A DNA stretch of 59,259 bases, counting the filler, from Dirinaria sp. TL-2023a (Eukaryota): assembly GCA_051941275.1 (NCBI GenBank). It is 6 parts of 6 records of this genome, joined end to end, with 100 filler letters (N's around TTAATTAATTAA, not from the genome) between each part and the next. Parts side by side here need not be neighbours in the genome. Positions count along the whole stretch, not along the records: positions 9,933 to 19,735 come from JAVEBF010001002.1; positions 19,836 to 29,636 come from JAVEBF010001003.1; 4 more parts are not named here. One strand, written 5' to 3'. Position 1 is the stretch's first letter. Each line of letters begins with the position of its first letter. Below the pieces are notes generated by a model. It had not been told where the DNA came from, did not search any database, and saw nothing but the letters and a program-made list of their open reading frames with translations. This document shows positions 11,206-21,970 of the stretch, piece after piece. Made by a program: the position numbers and the translations under genes.

Positions 11206-14200
11206 ATGGAGGTCCTCGTACGGAATTTGCCTCAAGGCATGACTGAGCGGAAAGTCAGGCACTTCTTCACTCCCTACCTGGAGCCCGTGGGCATAAGCAC
11301 GTATCACTGTCATAAGCTTGCCGGCAAGACTTTTGCCAAATTGACTTTCACAAATACAGTGGCTGGTCAAACGTTCCTCGAGCTACACGGACAAAAAGCT
11401 CCTGGCCGTCGAGGCTTTGACAAGGTCAAGGCCAAGATATATCACATGCGAAAACCGGTCAATATCAGTCAGAGTGACCATGTCCCAGATAAGTTTCTCC
11501 TATCAAGTTTGGATTCGGAAGAGAACAAACACATCTCAGCCGCTCTCACCCAGGCCTCGCACGGAAAATCCACACAACCTTCCGGCCTGCTACGATCATT
11601 TCCCGTTCGTCAAGTCTTGTGTGGGCACTTGTGCTATCCGGATCAGAGGCTCGCTTTCGCTTCCTACTTTAAGGAAGACAGGATAGGGGATATGATCTTC
11701 GGTCGGCGAGCTGTCGTTGTCAAGTTGAAGCCGCGGGATGACCGCATTGGGTATGCACCGAGCCATCAAATTGAAATACCATACAGTAGTGTCGAATCAT
11801 TCACAATCGGCACGTCAGACGATCCAACGGCGACTTTCTCACTAGCCGAAGCCCCAAAGCTTTTTGAGAGGATTGACACGCAAGAAGACGAAGATGCGTT
11901 GTTAAGTACCTTCCAAAGTTTAGTCTTGCACAGTGGCCAGCCTAGGAGTCCTACTCCAGCCCCTAAGCGCCAAAGAATTGCCGCCCTAAGCAAGACCCAT
12001 GAGGTTGTGGTCTCAAGTTGCTTATGCTATAGATTCATACTTCAAGGATCCGGATCCTTACGAGCGATCAGAGCACTGAAAGGTGCAAATGAAATTCCGC
12101 CCATCATCCCTTGGAATACACCAGTCTCGCTTGGCAGTTCCTTCCCGGCCCAAATGACCCAGTTAAACAATGCGTTGTCTGGACGGAAATTTGCCGCTTT
12201 CCCATTCGCACTCAAATTTCAGATACAAGCGCTCGCACAGAATGGCTACCTCCCACCGACGACTGTTGTAGCTTTCATGGATGTCATTGCTGCGCGTTCG
12301 GAGGGTATTAGTGGAGCTACTACTACAAAAGCAGTACGAAGGCTTCTGGGACAAATTCCTTTTGCCGGTCCTGAAACAGAAGCGGCAGAGTTCAGCCTCC
12401 AGACCCTATCCGAGATGTTGGTCGAGAACCAACGGGCGATTGCTCGAGAAGAGTCGTACACGTCAGCCTATCTGGCTCTGCCAGAACACATTTGCGATGT
12501 CTACAAAGCAATGGTTACACCGACAGGCATCTTCCTTCACGGTCCGGCGCCGGAGGTCAAGAATCGCATATTACGGAAATACAGTGACTACACTGATCGA
12601 TTCCTCCAAGTGAGCTTTCTTGACGAAAACGGAGAACCAATGAGATACGAGCGTAATACCTCAAACGACGAGATCTACCATAGCCGATTTAAGAAGGTCC
12701 TGGAAGGTATCATCAACATTGCTGGCCGCGGATACGAATTTCTAGGTTTCAGCCATAGTTCACTTCGGGCTCAGACTTGTTACTTCATGGCGCCTTTCAC
12801 TATGGGTCACGAGCTTTTACACTCAAGAGCAGTCATAGCTAGGCTTGGTGAGTTTAGCGAGATCAGGTCACCCGCCAAATGTGCAGCACGGAGTAAGTCT
12901 TCCTATAAGCCTTTGCTGTTTAGACTACCTGCACGTCATATCATGATAAGACTTTGGTGGAGCGTATCGCTCTACAGCGTCATCGATGGATCAAATGTTG
13001 CCACGCCTGAAATTACGGCGAATAGACGCCACTCAACATCATATGCGCGGATAGTTTCAGCGGCACCAGGGAAAAGGGCAGTCATAACATTAGAGATCAT
13101 CCTTCACGATATTCTTGTCATTTTCCGTGTTTCATTCCTTCTAAGTTCAATTTACTGACCACAGAGTTTTAGTTGGCCAAGCGTTCTCCCAGACTTTCAG
13201 CTCCGTCTCACTGCCTACCGATGCCTTCAAGGTCATACCAGATATTGAACGAAACGGACGAGTCTTCAGTGATGGCGTAGGCACTTGCTCAAGCTCTGTT
13301 TTACAAAGCATACACGATGCGTATGGTCAGTCCCGAAAACTAAAGCCGACTCTATTACAAATCCGCTTTCAGGGTACTAATTCACTTTTGCCTTTACTTA
13401 CGCACGTTCGCTGACAACGATATAGGCGCCAAAGGCATGATAGCTCTTGATACTCGAGTGGAGGGTCATCTCCTTCACCTGCGGCCATCCATGATCAAAT
13501 TCCAAGGATCCCCAGCCAACGATATTGAGATTTGTGGAGCTTCGTTCAAGCCATTGCCGATGTACCTCAATCGTCAGATCATCAAAATCCTTGAAGATCT
13601 TGGGGTTAAGGAGTCCTCGTTCTTGGATCTTCAAGCGGATGCGGTCGAAAAATTACGAATGACGACGCGAAATTCAATCAACGCTGCGAATTTTTTGAAG
13701 CGTCAGCATGTCGGTCAAGCGGCTAGGTTGCCTTGGTTAGTCCGTGAGTTGATGGACATCAACCTCTCATATGAGGATGATGGCTTCCTGAGAAACGTAG
13801 TTGAGCTGTGCGTCTTGGCGGAACTCAGAGAAATTAAGCATAGGTCGCGAATCCGGGTTGAGGAAGGCTTGACTTTGTATGGTATCATGGATGAAACCAA
13901 TGTCATCAAAGAAGGACAAATCTACTGCTCGGTCCATAACGACGATGGACCAAGGATTCTCACCGGTCCTGTGGTCATAACTAGATCTCCTGCGCTACAC
14001 CCAGGTGATATTCAGGTTGTCGAAGCCGTGGACGTGCCCAAAGGCTCGTCTCTTCGGGCATTGCACAATTGCGTCGTTTTCAGCCAGCAAGGAGATCGTG
14101 GTGAGTCCTGCGATAGCTAGTGATACGAACGACATACATTAATGCTATTCCAGATCTACCTTCCCAGCTTAGTGGAGGAGATTTGGACGGTTTGTCCTTG

Positions 14201-15399
14201 GAAAGTGCTCCTTTCTCGGAAAAGCTGATGGTAGCACAGGTGATCTCTACAACATCATTTACGATAGCTCTTTATTCCCACTGAGGGTTGCTGAGCCGGC
14301 AGACTACACTATTCAAGCCCCTATTGACATCGGGAGGGTAGTTCAACGCAAAGAGATCACGGATTTCTTCGTTGACTTCATGATCAATGACTCCTTGGGC
14401 CGCATAGCGACTCTGCACTTGACGCTGGCAGACCAGAAGGAACGAGGTACCTTCGACCCTGATTGCGTCCTACTTGCAAACCTACATTCTACAGCAGTGG
14501 ATTTCTCGAAGACCGGTATACCGGTAAGACCCCAGATCTACCGAGTTGCCAATCGGTTAGACATCAATAAATCAGTCTAACGTATTGCAGGTTGACCTCT
14601 CAAAAATGCCGAGGTCTTCATTCGTAAAGCCCGATTTTCAAGCGCCTGGCCCGCGTGTCCTTATCAGTAATACTGTCCAACTTGACAAAGGCCAGCGTCC
14701 AGAGGATTTCGAAGCGCAATACGAGGTAGAGGAGCTGGATGACATTGGTCAACCGCCAATTAGATATTACAAGAGCCAGAAGGTACTTGGAAAGTTGTAT
14801 CGAGCGATCGATGAGCAGAAGTTCTTCGAAGAGATACAGACACAGCCAAGACGTCCTGCACGTTCGTTTGCCGCGCAGAAGAGTTTACTAGACCATGTAT
14901 GGAAATATGTTGAGGAAAACACTGCTCTGATCCAGTGGCGACATTTTGTGGATTTTGCGCAAGACATTAAGGAGGAGTAAGTAATATCAAATGCCCAGGA
15001 TTCTTGAGCCACACTAAATCTAAATTTTCATGCAGCTACGAGGAAAATCTAGTAGACACAATGTTCGAGTATTCGACGCACCCTCCTCATTACATTTCAG
15101 AAGTAGAAGTCTTCAGCGGCGTCATCATTGGCAAACACGGCGCCCAGAACAAACGTCAGCGCGAGTCTTCAGTCAGCATGAAAGAGAAGCACGAGCGCGA
15201 CGTCGAGTACACTGTCCGCTCCATACTCCAAGGCGAAGATAACTCCGGCACCGCAGAGGCGCTGGAAAGAAGTATTGCCTGCCTCTGGGTCGGCTGCAAT
15301 GTTGTTCGCCCCCGAAAGAAGGTTGGTACGCTGGTCAGCTTCGGCTGGGTTGCTGCCGCGGCGTGCTTGAAGGAAGTTGAGAAATTCAGAAGGGGATAA
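11206..15399 (+). CDS. RNAi RNA-dependent RNA polymerase, probably RRP-3-like with an N-terminal RRM-like region; multi-exon
   Basis: FLGFSHSSLR, KCAAR|IGQAFS, VFSDGVG, QIRFQ|GAKGM, TRSPALHPGD and catalytic SGGDLDG|D split by intron 14190-14239; LHSTAVDFSKTG. Confidence 0.93.
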
Positions 15400-17680
15400 C
15401 ACGGAGTGAAATTCGCTCATTCTTCTTACAAAGAAGGCTACCGAGGGCATTTTCCGGCAAAGTTGCGTGCTATGGCTGGGGAAAAATAGGGTTTGGGTTG
15501 GATGACTGATGGATGGACGAAATACCAGGGGGGGAAGCGGAAAATATCAGGCGCAGGGCAAAGTTTTCTACTTTCTACCAATAGGTAGCATGAATGATAT
15601 CGGTCTTTTAATTTCAAGCGTTATTCTGCTCTTCCAATCCCGATACTTTAGCCGGCTCAACAGACAGACAGACGAGCTTGCTTTCCCTCCATGATCTTAT
15701 CATACAAAAGGTGACTTCAAAGCAATTCAGTGGAAAACTTTCTCCATCCATTCTCATAAAACCCCTTTGTTTTACAGTTTTTATGGCCAGTAAATAAAGC
15801 AAGTAAGCAGAAAAATTACGCCGACTGTCTCCCTGCCACTCCGAATTCGGCCAAAACTTCAGCGCTCTAGCTTGAACCTTCCCTGAGGGGAAGAAAGAGG
15901 TTGGATGAGGGTGGGAAAAGATAATTGTACTACTCTAGTGCTACGATTGTTTTTGGGTATTGAAGGATAGTAGAATTGGTGGGGGGTGGGTGCGGTTGTT
16001 TCGTGTGTTTGAGGGAAGGAGGGAAGAGTGGAAGAGTGGGGAGATGCTGCCTAGATTGATAGATAAGGTACATAATCTTACTTGGGGTTAAGGCTACTTA
16101 TGCTAGTTGTTGAGACTGTAAATGCAAGGACCTGTGGTGAGTACTGAAAACGCCTCGTGTGACTCATGTCGGCTGCTAGCGTGAGAAATTTTCAGTGCTT
16201 TAAGATGCAATGATGAATATGAGTACAAAAGAAAATCGCATGTTTCTGATGGGGAATAATTAGCTCATGAGAAAGTCGTGAAGTTCTATAAGGAAAGCTG
16301 AGCGAAAACTCTCTAGAAGAGTTTTTTTTTTTGTTTCTTTTTTGCGCCGCGTCTGTCGAAATGTGAGAAATTAGAATGATTACAGTGCGTAATTCATTCA
16401 TAGTCAATCATCGCTTCTTCATTTATCATTGTGGATTGTTTCTTTACTTCCACACAGAACACGACATTCAACTCCTCTTCTCTTTTTTTTTTTTTTGAAA
16501 GCTTCAATTTTTGAAATTGGAGAAAATGTATCCCATTTCTCTAATCTGACTTGACTCAAACAGATCCCCCCCCCCCAAAAAGAGAAAGGAAAACCACGAG
16601 TTCACGAAGTGAGGATGGAACGGATACGCCATGAACGTGTTGATGTGATAACGTGAAGTCGATATATCATTCACGAGGTAAGATCCTGCCACCAAAAAAA
16701 GAAAAGAAGGAACAAAAAAAAAAAAAATAAGGAGATATAGATTCACTTCAGGACAAAGAAAAACCGATGACGGGAGTGACGATGAGCTCGGCTTGGGAAT
16801 TCCGCAATGTGAGAGATTCGAAGGTAGAGGATGATGATTCTTCGCTTTGCAGCGTTTGAATATGAAGATTAGAGGGGGATTATGGGGTTGATTTATTTGT
16901 GTGCCAGAACTGGGAAGGATGGGTGTATGTATGTATGCCATTTGAAATTTTTTCAAGAGGGCGCTTTGGTAGGATGTAAAAGAGAAAAGAAGATTCTTCT
17001 TCGCTACTACTGTTTTCTTAACAGAGTGGTGGTTTTGTTTATGATGTCATTTTAGAGATTCAAGCAGAGACAAAGATCTAGTCTCTATATTTCGACGAAG
17101 AGTGGGATGTATCTATAGTCCAGAGCGTGAATCGTGAGGCTATTCATATAATGACAGATTGAAGAGAAAAAAGTGAGAAGACTCCATAGTAGTCTATATT
17201 AAATCCTCCCTTTTAAAAAAAGAAAGAAAATGATTCAAATATTCGTGTATTATCGTTCAGAAATCGATTTATTTAAAGCGAATTCGGAATAGGCGTGGAG
17301 ATAGAAAAAAATAAGGGGTCATAAATAGCTTAGAATCGAAAATTGATGAAAACTTTGACTGTGACATGTTGAAATCTGTGTCTTTAAGCGACTAGGGGGT
17401 GCGCCGGTTAATCCCTCGGACTTTGGAGTTGTTTCGGCTTTCGGCTAAAAATCATCCGAGAATTTAATTCAATTTCACAGTGACGTTGATTAACTTCTGC
17501 TGGCACTTCACATTATTACTCGTACATCTAAGCACACTCATCCCACCTTCAGGTGCTAATCCCATATTAAGCTCTTGATCCAGCACACTTTCGAATAGAG
17601 CTTCTGCCGCGATAAGACACCATTGATTCGGGAATCAATAGTCTATCCCTCACAATCTCTTCATATGAACAAAGTCTAGA

Positions 17681-17935
17681 ATGCCAAAAAAGATCTCTAA
17701 ATCAGATCAGAAAAGCGGTCAAGCTAGCTCTACAAAAGGATCATCAACAGGGCCTTCCAATGACGCCTACGGCCTCTACGACCCCACTGAAAGACGGTCC
17801 GAGAATCTAAGCTCTTCTGCAAGCGTGCAGAAAGGTAACCAGTCAGGCTCTGGCAAGAAACCAGTCAAAGAGCCCACTAAATCCAGGAGCGAAGAAGACG
17901 CCTACGGCTTCTACGACCCAACCGAGAGGAAGTAA
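17681..17935 (+). CDS. Small 84-aa hydrophilic orphan ORF with internal repeat DAYG(L/F)YDPTER
   Basis: ATG-to-TAA ORF containing an in-frame duplication 135 nt apart; no recognisable domain. Confidence 0.4.
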   Translation: MPKKISKSDQKSGQASSTKGSSTGPSNDAYGLYDPTERRSENLSSSASVQKGNQSGSGKKPVKEPTKSRSEEDAYGFYDPTERK

Positions 17936-18693
17936 AGATCGAGGCCTGTTGAGCTCTTCCTGAGGTTGTTCTGCAGCAGGAGCCATACAGTAAGTTCTCC
18001 TGTCCCTAGTTGAATACTAGCCCTTTAGATACATAAGCAAAGTAACGTCTCGAGCAGCAAAAGCCACGAGCCGCATCACATCTGGAAAGAGAGGCACTCC
18101 AAGCGCAGCAAGGAACTTAAATACCGTCCCTCGCACCTTGGTGTGGGTTGGTCAATATTTTACCGTCGACATGCAGGAGGATGAACAGGTCGGACCTATT
18201 GAGATGCAGACCCGGCGCCAACAACCTAACCAAAGACTTGACCAAGACGCCTCCGAAGTCTATCGAGGATCACCTTCAAAGGAAGCTAACAAGGCTCAAC
18301 ACCCAGGATATCGAAACCAAGTCCATAACCATCGTGACTTATTTAGACGATTTTTCAAAGGAAAAGACTGGCACGAAAAGTTTTTGAGCCCATACGACGG
18401 TCGACTTTGTGATCTTATCGTACAGAGCTCCAACGAGGTCCCCAACTCCCCATATGAGGTTCCCAACGAGGGCTCTAAGGCCCGATGGCTTCGAACGGGC
18501 CTCTGCAAACGGGGTCCATGGATAATCCGACTCTCAAACTGGGCCATGAGTCGTGATCATGCTTCGGAAGATAAAGTCGGGACAGATATTGGAACAGCAA
18601 CTCTGAGGTGGATCCCAGCTTGTTCTTGATCTGGGTATGCATTAAAGTATCAAGCCAACGTTCACAAAGAAAGAATATGCTCGCTCAGTGCAT

Positions 18694-18947
18694 TCAACTC
18701 AGTTTGTCCAAGATCAAACGGACCTCGACTGAGATGAAAAATTTTGCGGGCTGATTCTTCGCTTAATGGCCCGGAAGGAGACTATCAGATCTCGACCTTT
18801 GAGGCCATGAACTATGCAAGATCAACTCCGCGTGTTCAAGATAAAACGGATCTCGACTGAGATGGAAAATTAGATAAGCTAATTCTTCGTTTAATAGTTC
18901 GGAATTGGGCTATCAGATCTCGGTCTTTGGGGATGAACTTTGCAAGA
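18694..18947. repeat. Diverged two-copy tandem repeat with a unit of about 128 nt
   Basis: TCAACTC...CAAGAT(C/A)AAACGGA(C/T)CTCGACTGAGATG...CTATCAGATCTCG...ATGAACT(A/T)TGCAAGA begins at both 18694 and 18822. Confidence 0.9.
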
Positions 18948-18965
18948 CTCAGAGGACATCAGTCT

Positions 18966-19074
18966 GTCTGATCGCGTCGAATCGATACTCGATTTTTTCA
19001 AAGTATCGACATACACTATTGAAATAAAATTGTACTCGATTCGATATTTTAAAGTCGACTCGACGCGGTCAGGC
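18966..19074. mobile_element. Short foldback / MITE-like element with 20-nt imperfect terminal inverted repeats
   Basis: GTCTGATCGCGTCGAATCGA (18966-18985) matches the reverse complement of 19055-19074 (GCCTGACCGCGTCGAGTCGA) at 17/20; AT-rich core. Confidence 0.55.
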
Positions 19075-19735
19075 TAAGACATGGCCAACGAGGGCACAAT
19101 GCTCAGCGATAACACTGCAGTGAAATCCGATTTTATTAAGTTCTGGTCCAGAGTGGGCACAAACAGCAACACTGAATCCAGACTCGTCATACGAGAGTTA
19201 CGTGCCGGCTTTAACGAGCTTCAAGAATAATCAAAGTAATTCAGATAAAATGTTACTCAACGTCGTTTCGCATCGACATTACGAGTCACTGGCTGCTCAA
19301 TCCAGCCTTCTACGATTTGCCGAGGCAACAAATGTCTCGAATGTCGCCGAAGAGAGTTATCTAGTGAACTTAGGGATCGTAAGTTTCAGTATGTGATATA
19401 GCGATTGGCAATTTTGCTAATGCAGCTTTCTCAGCTCGGTTTTCCTATCCAAGTAGCCGCTAAGCCCTCTAACTTCGGTAGATACGACTCGACCCTTTAC
19501 AAGGATTGGAGATACCCGCTCGACGCACGCAACAAAACGGAAAACAAACGCGAGACGAAAAGTATCTCCGTGGAGATCAAGAGAGCAGTCGAACCTTTTT
19601 ATCTTTGTTTTATAGACAATTTGCATGACAATATCATAGTTCTTTCTAGCGTCTTAGAATGAAGATCGCATCGTGGAAGTATGACGTCTACAGACTATGT
19701 TTTCGTTTCTTTCACCGCGAATCATTATTCTAAAG

Positions 19736-19835
19736 NNNNNNNNNNNNNNNNNNNNNNNNNNNNNNNNNNNNNNNNNNNNTTAATTAATTAANNNNNNNNN
19801 NNNNNNNNNNNNNNNNNNNNNNNNNNNNNNNNNNN
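19736..19835. other. Artificial contig linker
   Basis: N44-TTAATTAATTAA-N44. Confidence 0.98.
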
Positions 19836-20059
19836 CCCGACCCTCTCGACCCTGGGCTGGCCTTGGCGGGCCTACCTGATTAGAGGCTAGTCCAGCCAGT
19901 CCAGCCAGTCCAACCAGCGCAGCCAACCCCAGGACGTGTAAATTGTGAGCCACCCCTCCCCAATCTGGATGACAGCAGAAACTTAATTCTACTTTATCTG
20001 ATGTCTTGAAATCTGTCCCTGATTCTGTTTCTTTCCTCCTTCCGGCGCCGTCGCTGGCA

Positions 20060-21970
20060 ATGGCCTCCCATGATTCTTCTTCTTCTTCTTCCCATCGACG
20101 GGCCTTACCTCAACCTGTCGAGACCAGCCAGAAGACTCGCCGAAAGTTCGCTCCAGAACCCATCGAACAGACGGCCAAGAGCATGCGGAGAGCCAAGGAT
20201 GCCGCGCCTGACAGTAATGAGGACAGTCCGGTCCGTCGAATCTTGCCACAGCCAACCGAGACATCGTCCAAGCATTATTCCAAGACGCCTGCGACATCCG
20301 ACGCAGCTGGTGACGACAATGCGGTGACATCACCCGACAGGAACCTCCCGCAGCCAGTGGAATCGAGTAAGACCAGCTCCAAAGCGAAGAAGAAGTTTGC
20401 CCCTCAATTGATGGAGACCACAAGACGCTCGCGCAAACGGACCGATACCATTCCCGCCATACTGCCGTCGGACAAGAACGAAGAATACCAGCCCCACCAG
20501 CTGCTCCATATCCCAAAACACCTGAGACCAAGTCCCGTGCCCCCAGTCAATTCGCCCACTGCCAGCTCTGAGAAGGTGCCCCAACTTCATGAATCTCGCT
20601 TCGCCGCTGCCAATTTAGCCAAGAGAGAGCCACGTCGGCATTCCTTCCGAGTCCCCGAGCTAGCACGTATTGCGTCGTCAGAGAGCGAGGAGGAATCCAA
20701 GCCACTCTCGCCCTCCAATTTGTCGGCCAGCAGGCCAGACGAGAGAGAGCCTTATAAGCATGCCCCGCATGTTAGGGAAAGTGCGGATGATCGATCATCG
20801 GGATACCTATTGTCATTGGCCGCAAAGGCAGCCGAGCAACAGTTGAGGGACCAGGTGTTGGCTGCGTATCCAAACGAACACGATTACGAACGAGTCGCCC
20901 ACTTCGCAGTAGACCAAGATTCAGAAGCTTCAGAAGACGAGGAAGGTGAAGAAGGCACGGCAATGCCAGGAAGAATAGATCCCTCAAAGACAGCGCATAA
21001 AAACCGTGATTCAGCTGCGGGATGGGACATGGCAGAAATGCGTCAACATCAGGATGAGCTACGGCAGCAACATAATGACCGAGAAATTGCGAAGCAGACA
21101 GAGCTGGACAGGCGAAAATCAGTTAAAGGCCCTTTTGCCGACCCGGCTCAAACAGCAATGTATGCCAAGGCTGCAGTTGGCGGTCTGAAGGGTGCGGATA
21201 AGCAGGAATGGAGAGAGATGCGTAAGGCCGCAAGCCCTCCCATGGCAGGTGGTGAACTCAAGTTTCCAAAGTGCCAAACTCCGCGCCAGACACGGCTCGA
21301 TGTCGGGTCTTATCCTACTGCAGCGAAGCTATCCAGACCCTCTTCACCTGTTCGACACAGCGGTCTATGGACGCCTGGAGGCGGTGCAAGTCGGGAGGGA
21401 TCGGCAAGTGGCCTTTGGATGGGTGTATGTGCCGCATCCGCACAAGAAGCTCTTGCACCTCCCGAAGTCATCCGGTCTGGACTGTTGACTCCGAGCGCAG
21501 AACAAGATGATCCATTCGCTCAAGCAACAGGCTATCACCAACAGCTTCCGCTATCCCCTCCATCTTCCCTTGAAGAGAAAGCCGATGGTATTGATCACAT
21601 TATACAGCGCGAGAAGACGATCGAAGAAGAGTTCAACGATGCGTTTGTCACACAGATATACAATTATCTCTCCCTTGGATACCCAGCATTGGCTAGAAAA
21701 TTCGACTTCGAGCTTAGCAAGATCACCAAGATACCGGTCGAAGATCTTCGTCGGGATGATTCCAATACCAATGCCAAAGGCTACGTCGGGGCCCCTGAAG
21801 GCAGTGGCTCGGACGTGCGGGGTATGCAGGACGGCCAGTGTGAGCGATGGCTTGCACTACGCCTCTACATCAGAGAATGGGCCAGGCAACAACCGAATAT
21901 GGCCCCGAAGAACGAAGGTGGGAACAAAGACTGGGGAGCGACAGCAAGAAAGGGAAGTTGGGCCTTCTAG
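20060..21970 (+). CDS. Uncharacterised fungal protein, largely disordered, with N-terminal (L/A)P(Q/E)PxE(T/S) repeats
   Basis: Single long ORF with ATG at 20060; C-terminal block FVTQIYNYLSLGYPALARKFDFELSKITKIP...RWLALRLYIREWARQQP...RKGSWAF looks folded. Confidence 0.85.
   Translation: MASHDSSSSSSHRRALPQPVETSQKTRRKFAPEPIEQTAKSMRRAKDAAPDSNEDSPVRRILPQPTETSSKHYSKTPATSDAAGDDNAVTSPDRNLPQPVESSKTSSKAKKKFAPQLMETTRRSRKRTDTIPAILPSDKNEEYQPHQLLHIPKHLRPSPVPPVNSPTASSEKVPQLHESRFAAANLAKREPRRHSFRVPELARIASSESEEESKPLSPSNLSASRPDEREPYKHAPHVRESADDRSSGYLLSLAAKAAEQQLRDQVLAAYPNEHDYERVAHFAVDQDSEASEDEEGEEGTAMPGRIDPSKTAHKNRDSAAGWDMAEMRQHQDELRQQHNDREIAKQTELDRRKSVKGPFADPAQTAMYAKAAVGGLKGADKQEWREMRKAASPPMAGGELKFPKCQTPRQTRLDVGSYPTAAKLSRPSSPVRHSGLWTPGGGASREGSASGLWMGVCAASAQEALAPPEVIRSGLLTPSAEQDDPFAQATGYHQQLPLSPPSSLEEKADGIDHIIQREKTIEEEFNDAFVTQIYNYLSLGYPALARKFDFELSKITKIPVEDLRRDDSNTNAKGYVGAPEGSGSDVRGMQDGQCERWLALRLYIREWARQQPNMAPKNEGGNKDWGATARKGSWAF

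Noticed and set aside
18138..18629. 163-aa ORF and overlapping ORFs after the repeat peptide ORF
   Set aside because: Non-ATG start, no recognisable motif and no convincing in-frame splice to the 17681 ORF.
19202..19662. Short ORFs near the end of contig 2 considered as transposase remnants
   Set aside because: No DDE, RT or integrase motif could be recognised.
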